64,000 nucleotides of DNA from contig CM068771.1 in NCBI GenBank assembly GCA_035084275.1, forward strand, positions 4,836,001 through 4,900,000, given 5' to 3'. The translations under genes and the position numbers were made by a program. The stretch's first letter is position 1, and the number at the start of each line of letters is the position of its first letter. The notes beneath the pieces are model-generated. The model ran no database searches. It had not been told where the DNA came from and worked only from the letters and a program-made list of their open reading frames with translations. Below are positions 21,811-35,262 of the stretch, one piece after another. Source of the stretch: Hydrolagus colliei. Lineage: Eukaryota.

Positions 21811-24800
21811 GCTGTAGCTGTGTCTATGGCTATAGCTGTGTTTATGGCTGTAGCTGTGTCTATGGATGTAGCTGTGTCTATGGCTGCAGCTGTGTCTATG
21901 GATGTAGCTGTGTCTATGGCTGTAGCTGTGACTGTAGCAGTGACTATGGCTGTAGCTGTGACTGTAGCTGTGTCTATGGCTGTAGCTGTGTCTATGACTG
22001 TAGCTGTGTCTATGACTGTAGCTGTGTCTATGGCTGTAGCTGTATCTTTGGCTGTAGCTGTGTCTATGGCTGTAGCTGTGTCTATGCATGTAGCTGTGTC
22101 TATGGCTGTAGCTATGTCTATGGCTGTAGCTGTGACTGTACCTGTGTCTATGGCTGTAGCTGTGACTGTAGCTGTGACTATGGCTGTAGCTGTGACTGTA
22201 GCTGTGTCTATGGTTGTAGCTGTGTCTATGGCTGTAGCTGTGACTGTACCTGTGTCTATGGCTGTAGCTGTGTCTATGACTGTAGCTGTGACTGTACCTG
22301 TGTATATGGTTGTAGCTGTGACTGTAGCTGTGTCTATGGCTGTAGCTGTGACTGTAGCTGTGACTATGGCTGTAGCTGTGACTGTAGCTGTGACTATGGC
22401 TGTAGCTGTGACTGTGTTTATGGCTGTAGCTGTGACTGTAGCTGTGTCTATGGCTGTAGCTGTGACTGTAGCTGTATCTATGGCTGTAGCTGTGACTGTA
22501 GCTGTGTCTATGACTGTAGCTGTGACTGTAGCTGTGTCTATGGCTGTAGCTGTGACTGTAGCTGTGTCTATGGCTGTAACTGTGACTGTAGCTGTGTCCA
22601 TGGCTGTAGCTGTGACTGTAGCTGTGTCTATGGCTGTGGCTGTGACTGTAGCTGTGTCTATGGCTGTAGCTGTGACTGTACCTGTGTCTATGGCTGTAGC
22701 TGTGTCTATGACTGTAGCTGTGTCTATGGCTGTAGCTGTGTCTATGACTGTAGCTGTGTCTATGGCTGTAGCTGTGTCTATGGCTGTAGCTGTGACTGTA
22801 CCTGTGTATATGGCTGTAGCTGTGACTGTAGCTGTGTCTATGGCTGTAGCTGTGACTGTAGCTGTGACTATGGCTGTAGCTGTGACTGTAGCTGTGACTA
22901 TGGCTGTAGCTGTGACTGTGTTTATGGCTGTAGCTGTGACTGTAGCTGTGTCTATGGCTGTAGCTGTGTCTATGACTGTAGCTGTATCTATGACTGTAGC
23001 TGTGTCTATGGATGTAGCTGTGTCTATGGCTGTAGCTGTGTCTATGACTAGCTGTGTCTATGACTGTAGCTGTGTCTATGGCTGTAGCTGTGACTGTACC
23101 TGTGTCTATGGCTGTAGCTGTGTATATGGCTGTAGCTGTGTCTATGACTGTAGCTGTGTCTATGGCTGTAGCTGTGTCTATGGCTGTAGCTATGTCTATG
23201 GCTGTAGCTGTGACTGTACCTGTGTATATGGCTGTAGCTGTGACTGTAGCTGTGTCTATGGCTGTAGCTGTGACTGTAGCTGTGTCTATGACTGTAGCTG
23301 TGACTGTAGCTGTGTCTATGGCTGTAGCTGTGACTGTAGCTGTGTCTATGGCTGTAGCTGTGTCTATGACTGTAGCTGTGTCTATGACTGTAGCTGTGTC
23401 TATGACTGTAGCTGTGTCTATGACTGTAGCTGTGTCTATGGCTGTAGCTGTGTCTATGGCTGTAGCTGTGTCTATGGCTGTAGCTGTGACTGTAGCTGTG
23501 TCTATGGCTGTAGCTGTGTCTATGACTGTAGCTGTGACTGTAGCTGTGTCTATGCCTGTAGCTGTGACTGTAGCTGTGTCTATGGCTGCAGCTGTGTCTA
23601 TGACTGTAGCTGTGTCTATGACTGTAGCTGTGTCTATGACTGTAGCTGTGTCTATGGCTGTAGCTGTGACTGTAGCTGTGTCTATGGCTGTAGCTGTGTC
23701 TATGAATGTAGCTGTGTCTATGGCTGTAGCTGTGTCTATGGCTGTAGCTGTGTCTATGGCTGTAGCTGTGTCTATGGCTGTAGCTGTGACTGTAGCTGTG
23801 TCTATGACTGTAGCTGTGTCTATGACTGTAGCTGTGTCTATGGCTGTAGCTGTGTCTATGGCTGTAGCTGTGTCTATGGCTGTAGCTGTGTCTATGGCTG
23901 TAGCTGTGACTGTAGCTGTGTCTATGACTGTAGCTGTGACTGTAGCTGTGTCTATGGCTGTAGCTGTGACTGTAGCTGTGTCTATGGCTGTAACTGTGAC
24001 TGTAGCTGTGTCCATGGCTGTAGCTGTGACTGCAGCTGTGTCTATGGCTGTGGCTGTGACTGTAGCTGTGTCTATGGCTGTAGCTGTGACTGTAGCTGTG
24101 TCTATGGCTGTAGCTGTGTCTGTGACTGTAGCTGTGTCTATGGCTGTAGCTGTGTCTATGACTGTAGCTGTGTCTATGGCTGTAGCTATGTCTATGGCTG
24201 TAGCTGTGACTGTACCTGTGTATATGGCTGTAGCTGTGACAGTAGCTGTGTCTATGGCTGTAGCTGTGACTGTAGCTGTGTCTATGACTGTAGCTGTGAC
24301 TGTAGCTGTGTCTATGGCTGTAGCTGTGACTGTAGCTGTGTCTATGGCTGTAGCTGTGTCTATGACTGTAGCTGTGTCTATTACTGTAGCTGTGTCTATG
24401 ACTGTAGCTGTGTCTATGACTGTAGCTGTGTCTATGGCTGTAGCTGTGTCTATGGCTGTAGCTGTGTCTATGGCTGTAGCTGTGTCTATGGCTGCAGCTG
24501 TGTCTATGACTGTAGCTGTGTCTATGGCTGTAGCTGTGACTGTAGCTGTGTCTATGACTGTAGCTGTGACTGTAGCTGTGTCTATGGCTGTAGCTGTGAC
24601 TGTAGCTGTGTCTATGGCTGTAACTGTGACTGTAGCTGTGTCCATGGCTGTAGCTGTGACTGTAGCTGTGTCTATGGCTGTGGCTGTGACTGTAGCTGTG
24701 TCTATGGCTGTAGCTGTGACTGTACCTGTGTCTATGGCGGTAGCTGTGTCTATGACTGTAGCTGTGTCTATGGCTGTAGCTGTGTCTATGACTGTAGCTG

Positions 24801-27800
24801 TGTCTATGGCTGTAGCTGTGTCTATGGCTGTAGCTGTGACTGTACCTGTGTATATGGCTGTAGCTGTGACTGTAGCTGTGTGTATGGCTGTAGCTGTGAC
24901 TGTAGCTGTGTCTATGGCTGCAGCTGTGACTGAAGCTGTGACTATGGCTGTAGCTGTGACTGTAGCTGTGACTATAGCTGTAGCTGTGACTGTGTTTATG
25001 GCTGTAGCTGTGACTGTAGCTGTGTCTATGGCTGTAGCTGTGTCTGTGACTGTAGCTGTATCTATGACTGTAGCTGTGTCTATGGATGTAGCTGTGTCTA
25101 TGGCTGTAGCTGTGTCTATGACTTGCTGTGTCTATGACTGTAGCTGTGTCTATGGCTGTAGCTGTGACTGTACCTGTGTCTATGGCTGTAGCTGTGTCTA
25201 TGGCTGTAGCTGTGTCTATGACTGTAGCTGTGTCTATGGCTGTAGCTGTATCTATGGCTGTAGCTGTATCTATGGCTGTCTCTGTGACTGTAGCTGTGTC
25301 TATGGCTGTAGCTGTGACTGTAGCTGTGTCTATGACTGTAGCTGTGACTGTAGCTGTGTCTATGGCTGTAGCTGTGTCTATGACTGTAGCTGTGTCTATG
25401 GCTGTAGCTGTGTCTATGACTGTAGCTGTGTCTATGGCTGTAGCTGTGTCTATGACTGTAGCTGTGTCTATGACTGTAGCTGTGTCTATGACTGTAGCTG
25501 TGTCTATGACTGTAGCTGTGTCTATGGCTGTCGCTGTGTCTATGGCTGCAGCTGTGTCTATGACTGTAGCTGTGTCTATGGCTGTAGCTGTGACTGTAGC
25601 TGTGTCTATGACTGTAGCTGTGACTGTAGCTGTGTCTATGGCTGTAGCTGTGACTGTAGCTGTGTCTATGGCTGTAACTGTGACTGTAGCTGTGTCCATG
25701 GCTGTAGCTGTGACTGTAGCTGTGTCTATGGCTGTGGCTGTAGCTGTGTCTATGGCTGTAGCTGTGACTGTATCTGTGTCTATGGCTGTAGCTGTGTCTA
25801 TGGCTGTAGCTGTGTCTATGACTGTAGCTGTGTCTATTGCTGTAGCTGTGTCTATGGCTGTAGCTGTGACTGTACCTGTGTATATGGCTGTAGCTGTGAC
25901 TGTAGCTGTGACTATAGCTGTAGCTGTGACTGTGTTTATGGCTGTAGCTGTGACTGTAGCTGTGTCTTTGGCTGTAGCTGTGTCTATGACTGTAGCTGTA
26001 TCTATGACTGTAGCTGTGTCTATGGATGCAGCTGTGTCTATGGCTGTAGCTGTGTCTGTGACTTGCTGTGTCTATGACTGTAGCTGTGTCTATGGCTGTA
26101 GCTGTGACTGTACCTGTGTCTATGGCTCTAGCTGTGTCTATGGCTGTAGCTGTGTCTATGACTGTAGCTGTGTCTATGGCTGTAGCTGTATCTATGACTG
26201 TAGCTGTGTCTATGACTGTAGCTGTGTCTATGACTGTAGCTGTGTCTATGGCTGTAGCTGTGTCTATGGCTGTAGCTGTGTCTATGGCTGTAGCTGTGTC
26301 TATGGCTGCAGCTGTGTCTATGACTGTAGCTGTGTCTATGGCTGTAGCTGTGACTGTAGCTGTGTCTATGACTGTAGCTGTGACTGTAGCTGTGTCTATG
26401 ACTGTAGCTGTGACTGTAGCTGTGTCTATGGCTGTAGCTGTGACTGTAGCTGTGTCTATGGCTGTAACTGTGACTGTAGCTGTGTCCATGGCTGTAGCTG
26501 TGACTGTAGCTGTGTCTATGGCTGTGACTGTAGCTGTGTCTATGGCTGTAGCTGTGACTGTAGCTGTGTCTATGGCTGTAGCTGTGTCTATGAATGTAGC
26601 TGTGTATATGACTGTAGCTGTGTCTATGACTGTAGCTGTGTCTATGACTGTAGCTGTGTCTATGGCTGTAGCTGTGTCTATGGCTGTAGCTGTGTCTATG
26701 GCTGTAGCTGTGTCTATGGCCGTAGCTGTGACTGTAGCTGTGTCTATGACTGTAGCTGTGACTGTAGCTGTGTCTATGGCTGTAGCTGTGACTGTAGCTG
26801 TGTCTATGGCTGTAACTGTGACTGTAGCTGTGTCCATGGCTGTAGCTGTGACTGCAGCTGTGTCTATGGCTGTGGCTGTGACTGTAGCTGTGTCTATGGC
26901 TGTAGCTGTGACTGTAGCTGTGTCTATGGCTGTAGCTGTGTCTGTGACTGTAGCTGTGTCTATGGCTGTAGCTGTGTCTATGACTGTAGCTGTGTCTATG
27001 GCTGTAGCTATGTCTATGGCTGTAGCTGTGACTGTACCTGTGTATATGGCTGTAGCTGTGACTGTAGCTGTGTCTATGGCTGTAGCTGTGACTGTAGCTG
27101 TGTCTATGACTGTAGCTGTGACTGTAGCTGTGTCTATGGCTGTAGCTGTGACTGTAGCTGTGTCTATGGCTGTAGCTGTGTCTATGACTGTAGCTGTGTC
27201 TATGACTGTAGCTGTGTCTATGACTGTAGCTGTGTCTATGACTGTAGCTGTGTCTATGGCTGTAGCTGTGTCTATGGCTGTAGCTGTGTCTATGGCTGTA
27301 GCTGTGTCTATGGCTGCAGCTGTGTCTATGACTGTAGCTGTGTCTATGGCTGTAGCTGTGACTGTAGCTGTGTCTATGACTGTAGCTGTGACTGTAGCTG
27401 TGTCTATGGCTGTAGCTGTGACTGTAGCTGTGTCTATGGCTGTAACTGTGACTGTAGCTGTGTCCATGGCTGTAGCTGTGACTGTAGCTGTGTCTATGGC
27501 TGTGGCTGTGACTGTAGCTGTGTCTATGGCTGTAGCTGTGACTGTACCTGTGTCTATGGCGGTAGCTGTGTCTATGACTGTAGCTGTGTCTATGGCTGTA
27601 GCTGTGTCTATGACTGTAGCTGTGTCTATGGCTGTAGCTGTGTCTATGGCTGTAGCTGTGACTGTACCTGTGTATATGGCTGTAGCTGTGACTGTAGCTG
27701 TGTGTATGGCTGTAGCTGTGTCTATGGCTGCAGCTGTGACTGAAGCTGTGACTATGGCTGTAGCTGTGACTGTAGCTGTGACTATAGCTGTAGCTGTGAC

Positions 27801-30800
27801 TGTGTTTATGGCTGTAGCTGTGACTGTAGCTGTGTCTATGGCTGTAGCTGTGTCTGTGACTGTAGCTGTATCTATGACTGTAGCTGTGTCTATGGATGTA
27901 GCTGTGTCTATGGCTGTAGCTGTGTCTATGACTTGCTGTGTCTATGACTGTAGCTGTGTCTATGGCTGTAGCTGTGACTGTACCTGTGTCTATGGCTGTA
28001 GCTGTGTCTATGGCTGTAGCTGTGTCTATGACTGTAGCTGTGTCTATGGCTGTAGCTGTATCTATGGCTGTAGCTGTATCTATGGCTGTCTCTGTGACTG
28101 TAGCTGTGTCTATGGCTGTAGCTGTGACTGTAGCTGTGTCTATGACTGTAGCTGTGACTGTAGCTGTGTCTATGGCTGTAGCTGTGACTGTATCTATGGC
28201 TGTAGCTGTGTCTATGACTGTAGCTGTGTCTATGACTGTAGCTGTGTCTATGACTGTAGCTGTGTCTATGGCTGTAGCTGTGTCTATGACTGTAGCTGTG
28301 TCTATGGCTGTAGCTGTGTCTATGACTGTAGCTGTGTCTATGACTGTAGCTGTGTCTATGACTGTAGCTGTGTCTATGACTGTAGCTGTGTCTATGGCTG
28401 TCGCTGTGTCTATGGCTGCAGCTGTGTCTATGACTGTAGCTGTGTCTATGGCTGTAGCTGTGACTGTAGCTGTGTCTATGACTGTAGCTGTGACTGTAGC
28501 TGTGTCTATGGCTGTAGCTGTGACTGTAGCTGTGTCTATGGCTGTAACTGTGACTGTAGCTGTGTCCATGGCTGTAGCTGTGACTGTAGCTGTGTCTATG
28601 GCTGTGGCTGTAGCTGTGTCTATGGCTGTAGCTGTGACTGTACCTGTGTCTATGGCTGTAGCTGTGTCTATGGCTGTAGCTGTGTCTATGACTGTAGATG
28701 TGTCTATTGCTGTAGCTGTGTCTATGGCTGTAGCTGTGACTGTACCTGTGTATATGGCTGTAGCTGTGACTGTAGCTGTGACTGTAGCTGTGACTGTGTT
28801 TATGGCTGTAGCTGTGACTGTAGCTGTGTCTTTGGCTGTAGCTGTGTCTATGACTGTAGCTGTATCTATGACTGTAGCTGTGTCTATGGATGTAGCTGTG
28901 TCTATGGCTGTAGCTGTGTCTATGACTGTAGCTGTGTCTATGGCTGTAGCTGTGACTGTACCTGTGTCTATGGCTCTAGCTGTGTCTATGGCTGTAGCTG
29001 TGTCTATGACTGTAGCTGTGTCTATGGCTGTAGCTGTATCTATGACTGTAGCTGTGTCTATGACTGTAGCTGTGTCTATGACTGTAGCTGTGTCTATGGC
29101 TGTAGCTGTGTCTATGGCTGTAGCTGTGTCTATGGCTGTAGCTGTGTCTATGGCTGCAGCTGTGTCTATGACTGTAGCTGTGTCTATGGCTGTAGCTGTG
29201 ACTGTAGCTGTGTCTATGACTGTAGCTGTGACTGTAGCTGTGTCTATGACTGTAGCTGTGACTGTAGCTGTGTCTATGGCTGTAGCTGTGACTGTAGCTG
29301 TGTCTATGGCTGTAACTGTGACTGTAGCTGTGTCCATGGCTGTAGCTGTGACTGTAGCTGTGTCTATGGCTGTGGCTGTGACTGTAGCTGTGTCTATGGC
29401 TGTAGCTGTGACTGTACCTGTGTCTATGGCGGTAGCTGTGTCTATGACTGTAGCTGTGTCTATGGCTGTAGCTGTGTCTATGACTGTAGCTGTGTCTATG
29501 GCTGTAGCTGTGTCTATGGCTGTAGCTGTGACTGTACCTGTGTATATGGCTGTAGCTGTGACTGTAGCTGTGTGTATGGCTGTAGCTGGGACTGTAGCTG
29601 TGACTATGGCTGCAGCTGTGACTCAAGCTGTGACTATGGCTGTAGCTGTGACTGTAGCTGTGACTATAGCTGTAGCTGTGACTGTGTTTATGGCTGTAGC
29701 TGTGACTGTAGCTGTGTCTATGGCTGTAGCTGTGTCTGTGACTGTAGCTGTATCTATGACTGTAGCTGTGTCTATGGATGTAGCTGTGTCTATGGCTGTA
29801 GCTGTGTCTATGACTTGCTGTGTCTATGACTGTAGCTGTGTCTATGGCTGTAGCTGTGACTGTACCTGTGTCTATGGCTGTAGCTGTGTCTATGGCTGTA
29901 GCTGTGTCTATGACTGTAGCTGTGTCTATGGCTGTAGCTGTATCTATGGCTGTAGCTGTATCTATGGCTGTCTCTGTGACTGTAGCTGTGTCTATGGCTG
30001 TAGCTGTGACTGTAGCTGTGTCTATGACTGTAGCTGTGACTGTAGCTGTGTCTATGGCTGTAGCTGTGACTGTATCTATGGCTGTAGCTGTGTCTATGAC
30101 TGTAGCTGTGTCTATGACTGTAGCTGTGTCTATGACTGTAGCTGTGTCTATGGCTGTAGCTGTGTCTATGACTGTAGCTGTGTCTATGGCTGTAGCTGTG
30201 TCTATGACTGTAGCTGTGTCTATGACTGTAGCTGTGTCTATGACTGTAGCTGTGTCTATGACTGTAGCTGTGTCTATGGCTGTCGCTGTGTCTATGGCTG
30301 CAGCTGTGTCTATGACTGTAGCTGTGTCTATGGCTGTAGCTGTGACTGTAGCTGTGTCTATGACTGTAGCTGTGACTGTAGCTGTGTCTATGGCTGTAGC
30401 TGTGACTGTAGCTGTGTCTATGGCAGTAACTGTGACTGTAGCTGTGTCCATGGCTGTAGCTGTGACTGTAGCTGTGTCTATGGCTGTGGCTGTATCTGTG
30501 TCTATGGCTGTAGCTGTGACTGTACCTGTGTCTATGGCTGTAGCTGTGTCTATGGCTGTAGCTGTGTCTATGACTGTAGCTGTGTCTATTGCTGTAGCTG
30601 TGTCTATGGCTGTAGCTGTGACTGTACCTGTGTATATGGCTGTAGCTGTGACTGTAGCTGTGACTATAGCTGTAGCTGTGACTGTGTTTATGGCTGTAGC
30701 TGTGACTGTAGCTGTGTCTTTGGCTGTAGCTGTGTCTATGACTGTAGCTGTATCTATGACTGTAGCTGTGTCTATGGATGTAGCTGTGTCTATGGCTGTA

Positions 30801-32818
30801 GCTGTGTCTGTGACTTGCTGTGTCTATGACTGTAGCTGTGTCTATGGCTGTAGCTGTGACTGTACCTGTGTCTATGGCTCTAGCTGTGTCTATGGCTGTA
30901 GCTGTGTCTATGACTGTAGCTGTGTCTATGGCTGTAGCTGTATCTATGGCTGTAGCTGTATCTATGGCTGTCTCTGTGACTGTAGCTGTGTCTATGGCTG
31001 TAGCTGTGACTGTAGCTGTGTCTATGGCTGTAGCTGTGACTGTAGCTGTGTCTATGACTGTAGCTGTGACTGTAGCTGTGTCTATGGCTGTAGCTGTGAC
31101 TGTAGCTGTATCTATGGCTGTAGCTGTGTCTATGACTGTAGTTGTGTCTATGAATGTAGCTGTGTCTATGACTGTAGCTGTGTCTATGGCTGTAGCTGTG
31201 TCTATGACTGTAGCTGTGTCTATGGCTGTAGCTGTGTCTATGACTGTAGCTGTGTCTATGACTGTAGCTGTGTCTATGACTGTAGCTGTGTCTATGGTTG
31301 TAGCTGTGTCTATGGCTGTAGCTGTGACTGTAGCTGTGTCTATGACTGTAGCTGTGTCTATGGCTGTAGCTGTGACTGTAGCTGTGTCTATGGCTGTAAC
31401 TGTGACTGTAGCTGTGTCCATGGCTGTAGCTGTGACTGTAGCTGTGTCTATGGCTGTGGCTGTAGCTGTGTCTATGGCTGTAGCTGTGACTGTACCTGTG
31501 TCTATGGCTGTACCTGTGTCTATGACTGTAGCTGTGTCTATGGCTGTAGCTGTGTCTATGACTGTAGCTGTGTCTATGGCTGTAGCTGTGTCTATGGCTG
31601 TCTCTGTGACTGTAGCTGTGTCTATGGCTGTAGCTGTGACTGTAGCTGTGTCTATGGCTGTAGCTGTGACTATGGCTGTAGCTGTGACTGTAGCTGTGAC
31701 TATGGCTGTAGCTGTGACTGTGTTTATGGCTGTAGCTGTGACTGTAGCTGTGTCTATGGCTGTAGCTGTGTCTATGACTGTAGCTGTATCTATGACTGTA
31801 GCTGTGTCTATGGCTGTAGCTGTGACTGTACCTGTGTCTATGGCTGTAGCTGTGTATATGGCTGTAGCTGTGTCTATGACTGTAGCTGTGTCTATGACTG
31901 TACCTGTGTCTATGGCTGTAGCTGTGACTGTAGCTGTGTCTATGGCTGTAGCTGTGACTGTAGCTTTGTCTATGACTGTAGCTGTGACTGTAGCTGTGTC
32001 TATGGCTGTAGCTGTGACTGTAGCTGTGTCTATGGCTGTAGCTGTAGCTGTGACTGTAGCTGTGACTATGGCTGTAGCTGTGACTGTAGCTGTGACTATG
32101 GCTGTAGCTGTGACTGTGTTTATGGCTGTAGCTGTGACTGTAGCTGTGTCTATGGCTGTAGCTGTGTCTATGACTGTAGCTGTGTCTATGGATGTAGCTA
32201 TGTCTATGGCTGTAGCTGTGTCTATGACTAGCTGTGTCTATGACTGTAGCTGTGTCTATTGCTGTAGCTGTGACTGTACCTGTGTCTATGGCTGTAGCTG
32301 TGTATATGGCTGTAGCTGTGTGTATGACTGTAGCTGTGTCTATGACTGTACCTGTGTCTATGGCTGTAGCTGTGACTGTAGCTGTGTCTATGGCTGTAGC
32401 TGTGACTGTAGCTTTGTCTATGACTGTAGCTGTGACTGTAGCTGTGTCTATGGCTGTAGCTGTGACTGTAGCTGTGTCTATGGCTGTAGCTGTGTCTATG
32501 ACTGTAGCTGTGTCTATGACTGTAGCTGTGTCTATGACTGTAACTGTGTATATGACTGTAGCTGTGTCTATGGCTGCAGCTGTGTCTATGACTGTAGCTG
32601 TGTCTATGGCTGTAGCTGTGTCTATGGCTGTAGCTGTGACTGTAGCTGTGTCTATGGCTGTAGCTGTGACTGTAGCTGTGTCTATGACTGTAGCTGTGAC
32701 TGTAGCTGTGTCTATGGCTGTAGCTGTGACTGTAGCTGTGTCTATGGCTGTAGCTGTGACTGTAGCTGTGTCTATGGCTGTAGCTGTGACTGTAGCTGTG
32801 TCTGTGGCTGTAGCTGTG
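21811..32818. repeat. 11-kb tandem satellite built from hexamers GCTGTA/GCTGTG/TCTATG/ACTGTA, in intron 1 of gene 1
   Basis: Seen directly; older degenerate units at ~21575-21750. Confidence 0.98.
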
Positions 32819-32832
32819 GTTGTGCTACTTGC

Positions 32833-32875
32833 CTTGAGGAGCCAGGAGGAGGAGGAGAGCGGCTGTGAGCAACAT
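32833..32875 (-). CDS. Gene 1 signal-peptide exon: MLLTAALLLLLAPQ, phase-1 GC donor
   Basis: ATG at 32875, hydrophobic core, ends CAAG|gcaagt (GC-AG donor consensus), in frame with the V exon. Confidence 0.8.
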
Positions 32876-33330
32876 TCCCGCTGCCTGACTCCAGGGCGAT
32901 GGTCAAGTCACAAGATGGCGGCCTAACGGCAACTCAGCTCTTTAACGGCAACAAGTTCAAAATGAAAGACAAACAAAGCGGGCGGCTGGCGCCGCTGCCC
33001 GGCTCTCTGGGCCCCGCCCCCCCCTCCCGCCCGGGGGCTATTCGCTCGGTAACGCTGACTCCGTCCGTTCCGCCGCCTTTATCCCGGCTCCGCAGCCGCT
33101 TCCCCTTCGCCTCTGGTAACGGTTTCAGTTTGTCCGCCTCCCGTCCCCGCGCTCACTCACTGCGCAGGCGCCGCACTGCCCTTTCCCGCGCTCACTCACT
33201 GAGCAGGCGCCATAGCTCCGTCCCCGCGCTCACTCATTGCGCAGGCGCCGCAACTACCCTTTCCCGCGCTCTCACTGCGCAGGCGCCGCACTGCCCTTTC
33301 CCGCGCTCACTCACTGCGCAGGCGCCCTGA
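32876..33330 (-). promoter_or_regulatory. CpG-rich promoter and 5' UTR of gene 1
   Basis: GC/CpG-rich island in AT-rich DNA; YY1-type CAAGATGGCGGC, GC boxes, five ~38-40 bp units with NRF1-like TGCGCAGGCGC (33146-33326), GGTAAC/GGCAAC RFX-like half sites. Confidence 0.7.
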
Positions 33331-33915
33331 CAAGCCGCTGATCAGTGTGAGGCCGGTAACAATAGCGACAATGTCAGATTATTGGAGCCATTGAGCGACA
33401 AATAAATCTTTATGGAAATTTTTCAATTGCAAATTTGAACATTTTGAAATCCCAGACACACGGTAATAGATACACTCTTGGTAATTCATACCTTGTATCA
33501 GATAAATAATATATAACGATTATAAGAAAACATAATACTAAACAATAAAATAAACATATTAACTTATAACAATATAGTTAAAAAGTTAAATAATAAGAGA
33601 AACTAATATTAAGTAAACGAAAATTAATGTTAAACGAAGAGAAAATATTGTTACATAATAACAATGCTAATAAGAAAATAAATATTAAATATGAACCTGG
33701 ATCTGTAGAGCAAGATAATCTTTATTTTATTGCATGTACACATAAAATATTGACTTGATAACAGCTGAGCTAAGTCAACACGTACATCAGGCCCCGGTTG
33801 AAAATCGCAATTCTTTCTTGAAAATCTTAACTAATTTCATTTGGGATATCTTGTAGCTTTTTGAAATGATTTACAGAGACATTCTCTTCTGGTCCATATG
33901 TCCTACCATTCCAAG

Positions 33916-34057
33916 CTATTGTAAATCCTTCAGAACAGATGGTCGGAGTTTCCAACCACACAAAATGTGGGCGCTGAAGTATGGGTTTGAAATGAAAAGT
34001 TGGCACATACTCCATGTCTCCTCTCTGATATCTACAACAATGAACAAATCGGCACAT
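33916..34057 (-). CDS. Gene 2 candidate terminal exon (phase 2): CADLFIVVDIREETW...KDLQ*
   Basis: gttacag|A TGT GCC GAT resembles gene 3 exon 56793-56913 (cag|A TAT TCT GAT ... gata.cagaga). An alternative acceptor before 34031 gives a different tail ending NEIS*. Confidence 0.4.
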
Positions 34058-34164
34058 CTGTAACAATTTGGATGCATAATAACCAAAAATGATCATCCTT
34101 GCATTTTGTATAATGCCTTATCACATCATTCCGCCATCTCAAAGCATACAACAGAATACACTGC

Positions 34165-34310
34165 NNNNNNNNNNNNNNNNNNNNNNNNNNNNNNNNNNNN
34201 NNNNNNNNNNNNNNNNNNNNNNNNNNNNNNNNNNNNNNNNNNNNNNNNNNNNNNNNNNNNNNNNNNNNNNNNNNNNNNNNNNNNNNNNNNNNNNNNNNNN
34301 NNNNNNNNNN
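34165..34310. other. Assembly gap (146 N)
   Basis: Run of N. Confidence 1.
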
Positions 34311-35262
34311 AGCAGCCAATTTTGCACAGCAATGGCATCAGCAATCATTCAGCGACACATTAAAATAAAAATTCAAAACATGTGAAGGGAATAGTATCCC
34401 AATGACAAACAGTTGAGATCCCTACTTATTGCTATGTAAACAGTTATGTGTGGAGCAAGGAAATTTCCGTAATGTTTTGCCTTGCCAAGGAACCACTTGG
34501 AAGTAAGTGCTCTAACCACTACACCAATAACACCTTGAATGAAATTGATAAATATTTTCTATGAGAATGGTAAATTTACCTAAATATGTAAATTTGGATG
34601 TGCAGCTTTCCATCTTTGAATACGCCTTGGTAGATGTTCTTTCCAAAATTGCACTGTAATTAACACAGATATTCTATGATAATTATCATCCTTTTATTTG
34701 ATTACCATGTTCTCAGACAGCTGAAAATGCTTCACAGGATTTTACTGTCTTACGATGTCAATAATTCCAAACATTTGATGCACAATATTTTTTATTCAGC
34801 CCACTTATAAATAAACAGCTGTTCTCTGAGTTTAAAGAATATGCTGGTGAATTTTATGATGTATTTCATTCATTCAGAAAGATTGGATTGGGGTTAGCAA
34901 TTCCTAACAGAACCAAAGGTAACTTTGCAGTTTTTTCTACACAGAAAGTTGTTCAGCACTTCATATCTGTTTGCTGTTTGAAAGAGGAATTGATTCACAT
35001 TCTCCTGTCTGTTCCCCATATTTATTTTTAGATTTCTTTCTCATTTCCTTTTGAATGCTAATCTGGATCCTGTATTGATCACCACACCTAGCATCTCACA
35101 TCAACAACCCTGTGCAGAAACAAAATCTTCCTCATCTCACCACCGGGAGATGCCAGAGGATCTGTACTTCTAATCGAGGAAATTATAGGCCAGCTATTTG
35201 CTGGAATCAGCGTGCTTACTATTGTTTCCTACCTGTAGGAATCAGCGTCTATATACACTTAC

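Larger units (their letters stand above)
805..32875 (-). other. Gene 1 (span): signal-IgV-IgC2-5TM membrane protein; cytoplasmic 3' exons not found in window
   Basis: Eight phase-1-compatible open exons with AG/GT (one GC) ends, in the same order and with matching sizes as genes 2 and 3. Confidence 0.85.

Noticed and set aside
21634-32926. Huge ORFs in the satellite (Cys-rich VYGCSC, MAVAV, HRHSYS, DTATVT) resembling metallothionein, keratin-associated or His-rich proteins
   Set aside because: They are a by-product of stop-poor hexamer units. They switch frame at each 2-nt junction and lie in an intron.
32899-33330. Plus-strand ORFs over the CpG islands (also 54969-55364)
   Set aside because: GC-rich promoter sequence with repeat-derived, low-complexity translation.
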